Part shown: positions 1 through 12,179 of the stretch, piece by piece
How the letters are laid out: each line of letters opens with the position of its first letter
How positions within the stretch are numbered: the stretch's first letter is position 1
Source: Felis catus
Lineage: Eukaryota
Direction: 5' to 3'
Length of the DNA stretch: 64,000 nt
NCBI RefSeq assembly: GCF_018350175.1
Contig: NC_058368.1
Coordinates: 26,228,001 to 26,292,000, forward strand
Notes under the pieces: model-generated
What the model was told of the DNA's origin: nothing
What the model saw: the letters and a program-made list of their open reading frames with translations, nothing else
Databases searched by the model: none
Translations under genes and position numbers: made by a program

Positions 1-207
1 GGAACAGCCGCCGCGAGCCCAGGGGGTTTGAAAGGGTCCGAGGGGCGTGGGGGGAGGGCCGAGCGGGGACAGCGGGGCCGGGAGGGGAGGTTTGAGCGAC
101 ACTGAGCTCGGGGCTCGCCGGCGGCGGCGGCGCTGGGGGTGGCGAGGGGAAGGCGACACTCGCTCCGCGCTGCTTTCGTGCAGAGCGACCGGGAGGGTTT
201 TGCAGCG

Positions 208-230
208 GCCGCCGCCGCCGCCGCCGCCGC
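208..230 (+). repeat. (GCC)7 trinucleotide repeat upstream of the start codon
   Basis: gccgccgccgccgccgccgccgc read directly; a complementary (GGC)4 run lies at 120-131. Confidence 0.95.
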
Positions 231-402
231 GGCGGGAGGAGGGGTTGAGGTGGCTTTTGAGTTGTCGGGAGAAGGTGGGCATTTCTCGGTTTTCCCACCC
301 CCTCCACTTGTCTCCCCCTTGCCTTGTCTTCCCCTCCCTCCTGCCCCGCACCCCACGTGAAGCGGAATATAAAGGGGGGTGTGAGACTAGAGGGGAAAGT
401 GA

Positions 403-417
403 ATGGCGAAGGACTGA
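403..417 (+). other. Short upstream ORF MAKD*
   Basis: ATG GCG AAG GAC TGA; +4 G, -3 T. Only functional if the TSS is upstream of 403. Confidence 0.5.
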
Positions 418-651
418 AGGGGTCCCCCCTTCGGGTCCCTGGCCGCCCTGTTCACCCTCGTTCATCCTCCCTTCCCGAAGCTCGCCCTCGAAGGCAGGAG
501 CGGCCGGCGCCTTCGGCTGAGGAGGAGGAGAAGGAGGAACCGCGCCGGGCGGAGCGTCAGGTCCCGTTTTCCTCCCCGGCGTCTTGAATACAAAGATTAC
601 GGTGCAGAAGGAAATTGCACTCGCCTCCTCCGCCCCCCGGTACCCGACACA

Positions 652-3533
652 ATGCACCAGCCGCCTGAGTCCACCGCCGCGGCGGCCGCGGCCGCTGCAG
701 ACATTAGTGCTAGGAAGATGGCGCACCCGGCAATGTTCCCTAGAAGGGGCAGCGGTAGTGGCAGCGCCTCTGCTCTCAATGCAGCAGGTACCGGCGTTGG
801 TAGTAGTGCCACATCTTCCGAGGATTTTCCGCCTCCGTCGCTGCTCCAGCCGCCACCTCCTGCAGCATCTTCTACGTCGGGACCACAGCCTCCGCCTCCA
901 CAAAGCCTGAACCTCCTCTCTCAGGCTCAGCTGCAGGCACAGCCTCTTGCGCCAGGCGGAACTCAAATGAAAAAGAAAAGTGGCTTCCAGATAACTAGCG
1001 TTACCCCGGCGCAGATCTCCGCCAGCATCAGCTCTAACAACAGTATCGCAGAGGACACCGAGAGCTATGATGACCTGGATGAGTCTCACACGGAAGATCT
1101 GTCTTCTTCCGAGATCCTTGATGTGTCACTTTCCAGGGCTACTGACTTAGGGGAGCCTGAACGCAGCTCCTCAGAAGAGACTCTGAATAACTTCCAGGAA
1201 GCTGAGACACCTGGGGCAGTCTCTCCCAACCAGCCCCACCTTCCGCAGCCTCATTTGCCTCACCTTCCACAACAGAACGTTGTGATCAATGGGAATGCTC
1301 ATCCACACCACCTCCATCACCACCATCACATCCATCATGGGCACCACCTACACCATGGGCACCACCATCCATCCCATGCTGGTGTGGCCAGTACATCCAT
1401 TCCTGGAGGGCCACCCTCCAGTCCAGTATCCAGAAAACTCTCTGCAGCTGGAAGCTCTGACAGTGTTCTAGCAGCGGCCCCAACTTCTGCTGTATCATCG
1501 GGTGGCTCACCTGCATCTGTAATGACTAATATCCGTGCTCCAAGTACTACTGGCAGTATAGGTATAAGTTCTGTTACTGGCACTAATACAATGAGTAATG
1601 TCACCATTACTGCCGTGGGTAGTTTTAATCCTAGTGTGACAAGCAGCATACTTGGTAATGCTAATATAAATGCAAGCAATATTCCTAGTGCTGCTACTGT
1701 GAGTGTTGGGCCTGGAGTTAGCAGCAGTGTTAATGTGAATATCTTGAGTGGCATGGGCAATGGTACTATATCTTCCTCCGCTGTTGTTAACAGTGCCCCC
1801 AGTGCAGCTGCAGGGATGACTGCGGGGTCCCTTTCGGGTCAGCAGCAGCCACCAACAGTTAACACGTCAAGGTTCAGAGTTGTGAAGTTAGATTCTAGTT
1901 CTGAGCCCTTTAAAAAAGGCAGATGGACTTGCACCGAGTTCTATGAAAAAGAAAATGCTGTACCTGCTGCAGAAGGTGTGGCGATAAATAAAGTGGTGGA
2001 AACTGTAAAACAGAACCCGACAGAAGTGACTTCGGAGAGGGAGAGCACTAGTGGGAGTTCAGTGAGCAGTAGTGTCAGCACACTGAGTCACTACACGGAG
2101 AGTGTGGGAAGCGGAGAGATGGGAGCCCCTACTGTGGTGGTGCAGCAGCAGCAACAACCAGCTCTTCAAGGTATGGCTCTTCCCCAGATGGATTTCAGTA
2201 GCACTGGTCCCCAGAGTATTTCAGCAGTTAGCATTCCACAGAGTATTTCTCAGTCACAGATCACGCAAGTACAATTACAGTCTCAAGAACTGAGCTATCC
2301 TCAAAAGCAAGGTCTTCAGCCAGTACCTCTACAGGCCACTATCAGCGCTGCAACTGGTATCCAGCCGTCACCTGTTAGTGTGGTTGGTGTAACTTCAGCT
2401 TTAGGTCAGCAGCCTTCCATTTCCAGTCTGGCTCAACCCCAACTACCGTATTCTCAGACGGTTCCTCCAGTGCAAGCTCCCCTTCCAGGAGCACCACCCC
2501 AACAGTTACAGTATGGACAACAGCAGCCGACTGTCTCTACCCAGATGGTCCCAGGCCATGGTAAATCTGTGGCTCAGAATCCTTCAGAGTATGTGCAGCA
2601 GCAGCCGATTCTTCAAACAGCAGTGTCCTCCGGACAGCCCAGTTCTGCAGGAGTGGGAGCAGGAGCGACAGTGATTCCTACGGCTCAGCCACAGAGTATC
2701 CAGCTGCCAGTGCAGCCCACGGCAATCCAAGCACAACCTGCGGGGGCATCTGGCCAGCCTGTTGGCCAGGCTCAAACAGCAGTATCTGTTGTACCTACTG
2801 GCAGTCAAATTGCAAATATCGGTCAACAAGCAAACATACCTACTGCAGTGCAGCAGCCCTCTACCCAAGTCACACCTTCGGTTATTCAGCAAGGTGCTCC
2901 TCCATCTTCACAAATAGTTCCACCTGCTCAAACTGCGATTATTCATCAGGGAGTTCAAACTAGTGCGTCAAGCCTTCCTCAACAATTGGTCATTGCACCC
3001 CAGAGTACCTTGTTAACTGTGCCTCCCCAGCCACAAGGAGTAGAATCGGTAGCTCAAGTTGTTTCGCAGCCGTTGCCTGCAGTTAGTCCTTTGCCCTCTG
3101 CTAGTAGTATTTCTGTTACAAGTCAGGTTAGTTCAACTGGTCCTTCTGGAATGCCTTCTGCCCCAACAAACTTGGTTCCACCACAGAATATAGCACAAAC
3201 CCCTGCCACTCAAAATGGTAATTTGGTTCAAAGTGTTAGTCAACCTCCCTTGATAGCCAGTAACATAAATCTGCCTTTGGCACAACAGATACCACTAAGT
3301 TCTACTCAGTTCACTGCACAATCATTAGCTCAGGCAATTGGAAGCCAAATTGAAGATGCCAGGCGTCCAGCGGAACCCTCCTTAGTTGGCTTACCTCAGA
3401 CTATCAGTGGTGACAGTGGGGGAATGTCAGCAGTTTCAGATGGGAGTAGCAGCAGCCTAGCAGCCCCTGCTTCTCTTTTCCCGTTGAAGGTGCTACCGCT
3501 GACGACACCCCTGGTGGATGGCGAGGATGAGAG
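652..3533 (+). CDS. TSC22D1: TSC22 domain family protein 1, long isoform, coding exon 1 (960 codons plus 2 nt; gene continues beyond the window)
   Basis: ORF starts [34 protein letters not shown]. It contains [11 protein letters not shown] and [27 protein letters not shown] (conserved motifs 1 and 2 of long TSC22D/BunA proteins) and His- and Q/P/S-rich low-complexity tracts. It ends LVDGEDE at GAG|GTAAGA, a phase-2 donor where the known protein continues S-SSGASVVAIDNK. Confidence 0.98.
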
Positions 3534-3539
3534 GTAAGA
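3531..3539 (+). other. TSC22D1: 5' splice donor of intron 1 (GAG|GTAAGA)
   Basis: Near-consensus donor exactly where similarity to the known protein stops; GT at 3534-3535. Confidence 0.95.
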
Positions 3540-4354
3540 TCATGCCATGTTTCTGCAGACATTCAACAAATTCAGAGTTCATTTATTTAGTAGCTGTATA
3601 GATGCACAAGATTTGTCGAAAGCATTACATATTTTTCCATTTTTGTATGTGAAAATGCATTTTTGTGGTAAGTTTCCTAGAGCAAGAGTGTTATGGAATG
3701 GTTTCAGAGTGGATAGCAAATGGGTGTAAGTAATATGTAAACTACTTGACAGTAGTTATTGAATATTAAGTATAGGTTTAGGGGCACCAAATGGCTTTTG
3801 TTATTTATAAAATGCTTTTTGAAAAGATTACTAACAAAATTTTTGCTAAGCCATATAACATTTAATCTATTCACTTGAATTACTAAATCCTTATGAGCAT
3901 CTCTTGAGTGGGGGTTGTGGTTCCCACGGTTGATTCTCCTTTGCTAGGTTGGGCAATCCTTTTCACTTCTACTGTGTTTGATCTTAGTCTGTGGAAGATA
4001 ATGTTACGTGCTTTTCTTAGACATTGTAGGAAAGATGACCTAGTCTCGGTTTTATAGGTTGCCCTCACAGACTGTAATTAACCAACTTTTGTGTACTTAT
4101 TTAATGGTCATTTTATTTGAACAGAACAGGAATGGGAATTTTAAAAAGTATGTTGGGGGGGGCAGGAGGGTAAACACTGTCAAAATAACCAAATTTATCT
4201 TTGATAGTAGTGTCCTGTACATTTTTTTTCTTTTGTATAGATCAAGGTGGTAGCCATTTTAAAGAGTAGGAAAAGTCTTGGAGGGTTGAATTTATAGACG
4301 CATGAACATAAGACTTTGCTCCCCTGCTAATCTACTCCACCTGTTCCCTTTGTT

Positions 4355-4356
<2 letters not shown>

Positions 4357-4385
<29 letters not shown>
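4357..4385 (+). repeat. Poly(A)29 tract followed by AATAAA (4387-4392)
   Basis: Read directly. Confidence 0.95.
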
Positions 4386-4387
<2 letters not shown>

Positions 4388-7109
4388 ATAAAAACATAGT
4401 CAAAACACATTATTAAGCCACTAGTGTTTTCTTACTTGAATTGGAAATAACGTTTTAAATACGCTATTGATTCCAATTGTGTCTTTGAAGCTGACTGCAA
4501 AAGTTGTGAAATCTCTAATGATTCTACATTGCTTTAAACTAAGTTGAATTTTAAAGGAATGTTCTTTTCACAGATTTGCTGGTCTGTGACTAACCTTGAT
4601 CAAAATAGTATCATAGGAGTTAATGACAAAGGCTATTCATTTTAACTGTGGAACTCTGAATAAGCTCTAAAGATATTTAATTATTTTAGTATTAGTTGGA
4701 GATTTTTGTGATTGAACTTTCACCAAGCTAATTGGAAATTTATATTCTAAATGTGTATTTTTGGTTTTCACTTTGGAAAAATTGAGGGTATTCCAAAAGA
4801 ATTACAGTTTTAGAAAAAGAACAAAGACCAAATGTTGCAGTGAGGTTTTCATGATAAACATTTTTAAGTTACTTTACAGATGTAAGGCAAAGGCATGGTT
4901 AATTGAAATAATTTAAAATTTTGTCTTTTAAGATTTTTGTAATTTTTCCAGTAATCATATAATTAAAACCTTGTTACCGAACCAAATGTAATCTGTATCT
5001 TGTGTACAAAACTGTCCTTAAAAGGTAGAGCTCTTTTAGGGAGATAGTTTCCTTAATAGTCATTATAATCATCGATAAAAGTTTGTTTCATATGCTAATA
5101 TTTATCTGTAACTGCCAATATTCATAATTTTAAAGAACTATTTACCCCAAATATTAATGTTTTCTGAGTCTAAGAGGCATGATCGAGTGAAGCCCCTAAA
5201 AAAACAGGTATATTATGTGGATACTAAATTCAGAGAAATAAAAGACAGATGAAATGCACAAATGAAAACCACACATTTTGAATTGAAACCTGCCATGATT
5301 TTTGTTAATTACCATTTGTGGTCTCCTGACATGACTTTCTCCTTTTTCTCCCCTGGTGGTAGGGCATGATAGAGCTTTCCACAACTTGCTTTTCCAGGCA
5401 ATTAAAGTCAGATGTTGCTACTTACAGTTAGGTTTTTTAATTGTAGGGATAGAGGCCCAATTTAAGATGTTTAGTACAAAATTAATTTTTCCATATAGTA
5501 ACTGAGATGAAGATCATTTAGGGACAAATTATGTAGAAAGGCTTGGAATTTAAGGGACAAAAAGAGATACTGAGAAGTATGATCAAGTACTGGCATAAAG
5601 TAAGTTGAGTTGACGCTACCTGTTTCGAATTTACTACATTTTTGATCCTTTGTTAGTTAACATCAAAGTTGAGTCATCAAAACCAGAAAATTTTTGATTC
5701 AGAGGCATCCTTTAAATGCTAAAAAATTAAAATGTTTCACCCCTAAAATACCTATAAAGGTCAAAAAGGAACACATGCATATTATTTTCTTTACGGTGTT
5801 TTACTGCAAATTATTTCTTTTATCACTAAAGTTTGGAAAAAGAAAGGTTTCATTTAAGTTTGCCTTTGGAAGGAAATTTGACACTATCTACAAGAGAAAA
5901 GTGATAACGGTTAAAAAAAATTCTTTCTACTTTTTCTTCCCATGATAGCTTCCATGTCACTTGCATTGTCTGGGGCTTGGTCACCAATTTCTGTCTCATG
6001 GGAGAAAGGGGTACATTATAATTTCAATATTATGACTTAAAAACCATGTTAACAGTGAAACTTTTTGGCGGTAAGACAAATGAAAGGTGGTTGTTCTTTA
6101 GTCTTCTTTTGAAATAATACTCTTAACACTTTAAAATTTAAAATGTTTATTAGACATGTGGAAAATGATTTCAGTTGATCACGGGGCAACACTAAAACCT
6201 AGAAACAGGGATCAGGCATTAAGATTATGTATCTTTTTTTTTAAAGCTCCTTGAAAAAATCTTAATGTCTTATTTTAGCCTTTGATATGAAGTCACCTTT
6301 ATAGCACATGGAGGTGTAGGTATTCCACACTGGTCTGTAGTCTTTTGTGTTTTGCAACTATCAGTACAGCTTCTTGTGTGAAATTGGTCAAACTTCTGTT
6401 CATCCTTCAAGACTCTGTTCAGAAACGTTCCCTCTGAAGCAGTGGCTTCACCCAGGGAATGTTTCCTTAACACTTTTTAGTGCTCCACTACGGAACGCAC
6501 TGCACACATTCAATTATAATTATGTTCCACATAAGACACTGAGTTCCTCAAAGACAAGAACTAAATATTTTTTGGACAAATTAATGAGCAGACCTTTCTC
6601 TTTTTTCCTGTCACAATTTACAATTTATATTATCCCTTGTCTTAAGCACAGCTGTTAGAGATACAGGATCATATAAGTTATGCAATAAATTGAAGAGAAA
6701 AGAATAAGAAGACTTTTTGTACCTCTTTCACCTCATTATTATTTGAGGTGAATTGATATCTATTTTTTAAATACAGTGCATGTTATATAGTAGGCCCTCA
6801 AATATTTATTAAAGAGGAATGAAAGTTTTCTTATCTATGAAATAGGAGTAATACTCATTTTGCCTACTTCTGAGGATGGCAACATTAGATAAAATAAAAG
6901 TACTAAATTGTACATTTTCATTTTATTTAGGTTGTACCTCCACAACTTAAAGAGTCAAATAATTTACATGGTTATCAAAACAAACAAAAGCTTCCTGCCC
7001 CCTTCCTTTCCGTGTTTCCATTCCCCAAAGCAGTCACTTTGATCTCTTTCAGATGATTGTTATGTTTACCTCCTAGTTGTAAACAACATGCTTGTATTGC
7101 TACTCGATA

Positions 7110-7340
7110 TGTAACATGGCTAGATGGTTAGGAGCATAGATTCTGGAATAAGACTATTTAGGTTTGAACCTAGTTTTATGTAACATTGGGCTACTTAACC
7201 TCTCTATGCCTCATGTTGCTCATTTAAATAAATGGGGATAGCAGTACCTACCTCAGGGTTGTTATAGGAAATGAATTTGGAAAGCCCTTAAAACTGTGTC
7301 TAACTCACATGCCCTACATAGTGTGTGTTAAATAAAATAC
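7110..7340 (+). mobile_element. MIR SINE
   Basis: MIR core-like ...ggtttgaacc...tacttaacctctctatgcctca...ggggatagcagtacctacctcagggttgttatagg. Confidence 0.75.
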
Positions 7341-7599
7341 TTTGTGCTTGTGTTTTGGCTTTTTGAACTTCTGGATAGAAAATGAAAATTTAACTTTATC
7401 ACCTACTCAGCTGATCCCCTTTCCTCCAAGTACCCTTTCCTCTGAATAGCTATGATTACATCATTGTTGATCATTTAGTATTCTTATAAAATATCACTCT
7501 TCATGTCCTGTACAATGTACTGCACTTGCCTACCTCCTTCCCCCAATCCCAGCTATCTAGTACATATAATGTACTAGAATATATAGTATATATATTTCT

Positions 7600-9950
7600 A
7601 TATACTACTTAGGATAAGTTTTCTGTTTCTTCCAAATTCTGTTTCCCCCATTTTTGTATGCCTTTCTACCCATTTTTGCTTTGCCTTTTGTGATAGAGCC
7701 TTTTCTCAGAGGTCTGGTAATTCTTGGTCATCTGCTTGCACTTTAGGAGACTAAAGAGCTTATCTAGTCTCAGTGTGACTTATTGACTGTTTTACCATAG
7801 GGTGATCTGGCTGAAGTTCAATGTCTCTGCCCACCCGGGCTTAGTTTTTTCTGTAATTATCACTAATTCAACATTGCATCGAATGTCTCTTGAGATGTTC
7901 AGACATATCAGGTGTTATCAATTTTATTTTTCTTAGGCAGTCTCTTATATTCCTCTGACCTCCATTTTGGACCTAATTGTGTTCTAGACCTTGGTACACA
8001 TCCATTATTGTGGGATTCCCTTCACTTTCTCCTGTGGTTGGATTTCATTTTGCAGTGATCCTTGTCATGTTCATTCTTGGCTTACTTGATGTTTTAAAAT
8101 GGTTTTAGGGGTGTCTGGCTGGCTCAGTCAGTAGAGCATGAGATTCTTGATTTCAGAGTCATGAGTTTGAGCCCCACATTGGGGTAGAGATTACTTAAAA
8201 AAAAAAAAAATTTTTTTTAAGGAGTGCCTGACTGGTTTAGTTGGTAGAGCACACAACTCTTGATCTCAGGATTATGAGTTTGAGCCCCATGTTGGGTGCA
8301 GAGATTCCATAAAGCTAAAATCTTTAAAAGAAAAAATGATTTGAGTTTACCCTGACACTTAAGGTGGTTTGGTTTGGTTAGGTAAAGAATATTACATTGT
8401 AAAATTGTATTATTTTATAATTTTGCTCCATTGCTTTCTAACTTCCATATTCCTTTTGAGAAGTCTGAAGCCATTCTGATTTCTTATATATTGTATGTGA
8501 CCTGTATATTTATGTTTTGTTTTTCCTTTTTTTCTGACTTGTTTACCCTTCTCTCTCTTGCCGTCTCTCATTCTTTAATTCTCTGAAAGCGTTTAAGGTT
8601 GAATCTGTTTTCAGTGTTCCAGTGTTGAAATTTTACAGTGATGGTTCCTTGGGTAGGTTTCTTTTTACCCTCAGTGTTGCTGAGTACTTGGTATGCCCTT
8701 TTAGTCTGGAAACATCTTTTAATTCTGGGACTTTTTCTTGAATGAGGTCTTAATTATTTCTTTCCATTTTCTGTTTTTTTTTTTTTTTTTTTCCTTAAAT
8801 TCCTTATTAGGATAATGGACCTTTTTGACTTCTGATTTTCTTGTATTTTCTTTCCTATTTTCTATCTCATTTTCTTTTTTGCTCTACTTCTATTAAATTT
8901 TCTATATTACCATATATTTAATTTCCCAAAGCCTTTGCTTTTTGTTTTTTTGCCTTTGCCCCTTTTAAATCGTATCCTGTTCTAATAACAATTGTACTTT
9001 CTCATAGCTGTCTGAATATATAAATGTTACTTTTTTTTTTTATTTAAAGATTTCTTCTCCCTGTGTGACCTGTGTCCTCCTGGTTTGTTTTTTAGTTTGT
9101 ATTTGTTTTGGTCTTTATCTTTCATGTTCTATAGCCTTTCCTTAGTTGTTGGTGGTTGTGTGTGAGTAGGGGAGTAAAATGCTAATTAGAAATCCTCAGT
9201 GAGACTTGTTAGCTTTACTTTATGGTAACCAGGCTGGGCTGTGTGGTTGGAGCACTTTTGATGTCAGTATCTTCATGCCTTTCCTCTGAGCTGGTTAGAT
9301 GCCCTGTAGAAGGCTCTTTCTTGCCTGGAAGTGCAGGTTGTGGGGGATATAGGAGGGGAGTTGGGTAAAAGGTCTTGGTAGAATCTCAGCTTCCCTATAT
9401 ATATTTATTTCTTCAATCACCCTGTTTTCAGTATGTTTTCTTGCCTACAGCTGTACCTGATTTTTTGAAACTTGGAATATTTTGTTTTATATTTTCCAGA
9501 CAACATATTTTCAGTTTTTTTGTTGGGATTGGTGAGGGGGCAGTTGGGATCAGTGGGGCTGGTTACTTGTTAAACAGACTTTTAAACAGTCTTCCTTATT
9601 TTAGCTCCCTCTCTCCCCCATATCCCACTTCGGATGTACGTGGTACTGCCAATTGCTGAGTCTTTTGGGGATTTTACAGTTTAAATTGGGTTTGTTCTTG
9701 GCTTTCTCCACTGTTTGCTAAAGATTTGATTTTCGAGTGTTTGCTAAGTCATTTGTCACTCAACCATCTGCTTTCCAGCTTCCAAATTTTTGTTGCTATT
9801 GTCTTTTTACCCGTTCTGTCATTTTTTATGGGCTTATGTCTTTATATCTTAAAAATTCATTTTTTTTTTTGGAATTTTAGTGGTGTTTTTAGAAAAGGAG
9901 TATAAAATAGATGTGTTTACTATCATTATGCACCTGTCTTAACTGTAGAA
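7600..9950 (-). mobile_element. Ancient degraded L1/HAL1-like fragments, interrupted by SINEs
   Basis: T-rich on + strand, with antisense old-L1 phrases such as ttgagaagtctgaagccattctgatt and ccattgctttcta. Boundaries approximate. Confidence 0.55.
8108..8336 (+). mobile_element. Two tandem short tRNA-derived Can-SINEs
   Basis: Each has ggggtg(c/t)ctggctggctcag-like head, gtagagca...cttgat...tgagtttgagcccca...gggt..agagatt and an A-rich tail (8108-8210, 8220-8336). Confidence 0.85.
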
Positions 9951-11459
9951 TACTGCACAATTAAATGTAAAAAATGATACTAATTTTAATAAAGTCATTG
10001 CTTCAAGATTTGATCTATAAGAGTATATAAATTTTAAGAGTCAAATTGCTTGGCTTATATCCAGTAGAAATAAGAATAGTATATAACGCAGTATTTCACT
10101 TCACAGAAGTGATTAGAAATGTTAGGATAAGCTTCAGTTAATATTTATTAACATGTTAAGCCAATTCAACAGCCTTGTGAGTTAAGTTTTTTCTGTTTTA
10201 CTGGTGAATAAACTGAAGCTTACTTAGTTTATTAGAGAGGTGGGATTGTCTCAGGTTACATACATAATACTAAAACAGCTAATAATAAAAATAATTTTTC
10301 TAATTAAAAATCTTCTGGTATTTCTAATAAAGCCAACAAGATGCCCATAAATATATCAGAGTGGCTGAAAACCTGAAAATAGGCAGGCTTCTTTGATTTG
10401 TGTATTACTACCAGTAACAGAATTACCGTAGAACATACCGACGTTTACCTATAAGCCCTTGGTGAGAAAAAAGGTGTGTAAAGTCATCACACTGGTGTGC
10501 CTGGCATGCAAGACATTCAAGTGTTAAATGAATTAATTTTAGTATGTTTTTTTTGAAAATCGTGTGAAAGTTATCTTTTCAGGAAAACCATTTTAATTTC
10601 CTAATAATTTAAATTCAGTCTTTGTAGAACTGCAAAACAAGTAGATTTTGTTTCTTGTATAGGAAGTTGAATTTAAAAATTTGAAACTATGCAAAGCATG
10701 ACCCGTTGTGGTGCTGCAATATTAGAAGCATGCTGCAATGTTAGAGCTCTGCTGGTTGGTTTTTGCTGCGTCACCATGGTGTTAGCATTGAATATGTCAT
10801 GGTAAGAGTATGCTTTCATGGCTCATTAAAAGAAATTACATGAGGGGAAAACAGTTTAAAGCATGTTTACATTATTTTAAAGAGCTTTATGTAATTAGTT
10901 TTAGAATCTAGGTTGACTTTTTTTTCTAGTCTCACATATATTTACGTGTCCTTCCTTCCACTCTTTCTTCTTCACCAGTTTGACCTGGAAATCATAACTT
11001 GGATTTTCAGTGTCATTGGGCCTAGATGAGCCTTGTTTTTCCTTTCTTGAAACATTCTCCTTTGCTTTCAGCGATCCCCTGGTACAGTTTCTTCCCACCT
11101 TTCTGGCCACTTTTTTTCAGTCTCTTTCAGATTCACCTATTCTCTCAGATTCAGTGTTGGAGTTCTTTTGAATTTCTGAGTCCTCTTCACACTTACTGCC
11201 TTTTCCCTGAGTAATCATCTGCTGTATGGCTTTAATACCGCCTGTATGCTATCCGTTTCTGAATGCGCACCACTAGCCCACACTTCTCATTGCATGTTAG
11301 AATGATCCAGTTATCTGCCTTCATAAAACAGCTCTGCATGTGTTCTCATAGGCCTCTCAACAGATCATAAACTTCTCTCTTTCTTCATTACCTAACTTCT
11401 CAAATTTCTTTCTGCTCTGTCATCTTCATTTTAATAATTATTTCTTTTTTGCTTGTTGT

Positions 11460-11648
11460 AAATTTTTATTTAAATTCTAGTTAATATAGAGTGTAATAAT
11501 GGTTTCTGCAGAATTTAGTGATTCATCACTTATGTACAACACCCAGTGCTCATCTCAACAAGTGCTCTCCTTAATGCCATCACCCATCTAGCCCATCCCC
11601 GCACCTAACACCCCTCCAGCAACCCTCAGTTCTCTATTGTTAAGAATA
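11460..11648 (-). mobile_element. Carnivore L1 3' end fragment
   Basis: gaatttagtgattcatcactta...caacacccagtgctcatc...ccttaatgcc.tcacccat; the same motif occurs at 55480-55680. Confidence 0.85.
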
Positions 11649-12179
11649 TAATTATTACTTCTTACTAATTCTTCACTTTAGAAACTTGAGAGCCATTCTT
11701 GATAGCTCCCTTTCCCTCACCCTCTACATCCTTACCATAACCTTTAAAATATATCCTGAATTTATCCCCTTCCCCCACCATTGCCACAACTCTTGTCTAG
11801 GATAACAATATATTTACCTCTTCAAGTACTGCAGTAGCTTCCTCACTAGCCTCTTGCATACATTCTTGGGTTTGTCTAATATATCTTGTAGTCAGAATGA
11901 TATTCCTAAAATAGAAATCTGTTCAGATCACTCACTTACCCAACACCCTTTAAAGCCTTCCCATTTCTTTGAAAGTAATTACTTTTTGCTTTTGCTTCTT
12001 GCCGGCATATTTTGCCACTTTCCCCCTGACTTTCAGTTTCCTTCTTTCAGTTCCTCAAGTTGCCATCCATTCTTACTCTTCCTCTAGGGTTAGGCACACA
12101 CTGTTCCTTCAACCTGAACATCCCCTGTGACACCTTCCCTCCATTCTTTCTTAAAGTTTAACTGTCACTTTTTTATACA

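Larger units (their letters stand above)
1..1100. promoter_or_regulatory. TSC22D1: CpG island / promoter-5'UTR region of long TSC22D1
   Basis: Very GC- and CpG-rich compared with the AT-rich, CpG-poor intron. GC box GGGGCGTGG at 42-50, (GCC)7 at 208-228, E-box CACGTG at 354-359, TATAAAG at 368-374. The TSS cannot be fixed from sequence. Confidence 0.85.

Noticed and set aside
47..910. Overlapping ORFs 47-520, 139-360, 324-587, 584-910 and 597-812
   Set aside because: Stop-poor frames typical of a GC-rich island, mostly non-ATG starts, low-complexity translations.
1286..2892. Antisense and alternative-frame ORFs within exon 1
   Set aside because: Shadows of the biased codon usage of the real CDS; no independent support.
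652..3537. 961-aa ORF as a complete single-exon gene
   Set aside because: The stop lies inside a consensus splice donor and the TSC-box/leucine-zipper C-terminus is missing; it is exon 1 of a spliced gene.
8108..8336. Possible tRNA genes (also 25514-25631 and 45272-45371)
   Set aside because: Degenerate A/B boxes, Can-SINE 5' leader and poly(A) tails mark them as tRNA-derived SINEs.
10712..10748. Short tandem duplications (tgctgcaat.ttaga x2; also 29663-29694 and 56389-56409)
   Set aside because: Two-copy slippage duplications with no spacers; not CRISPR-like and no sign of function.
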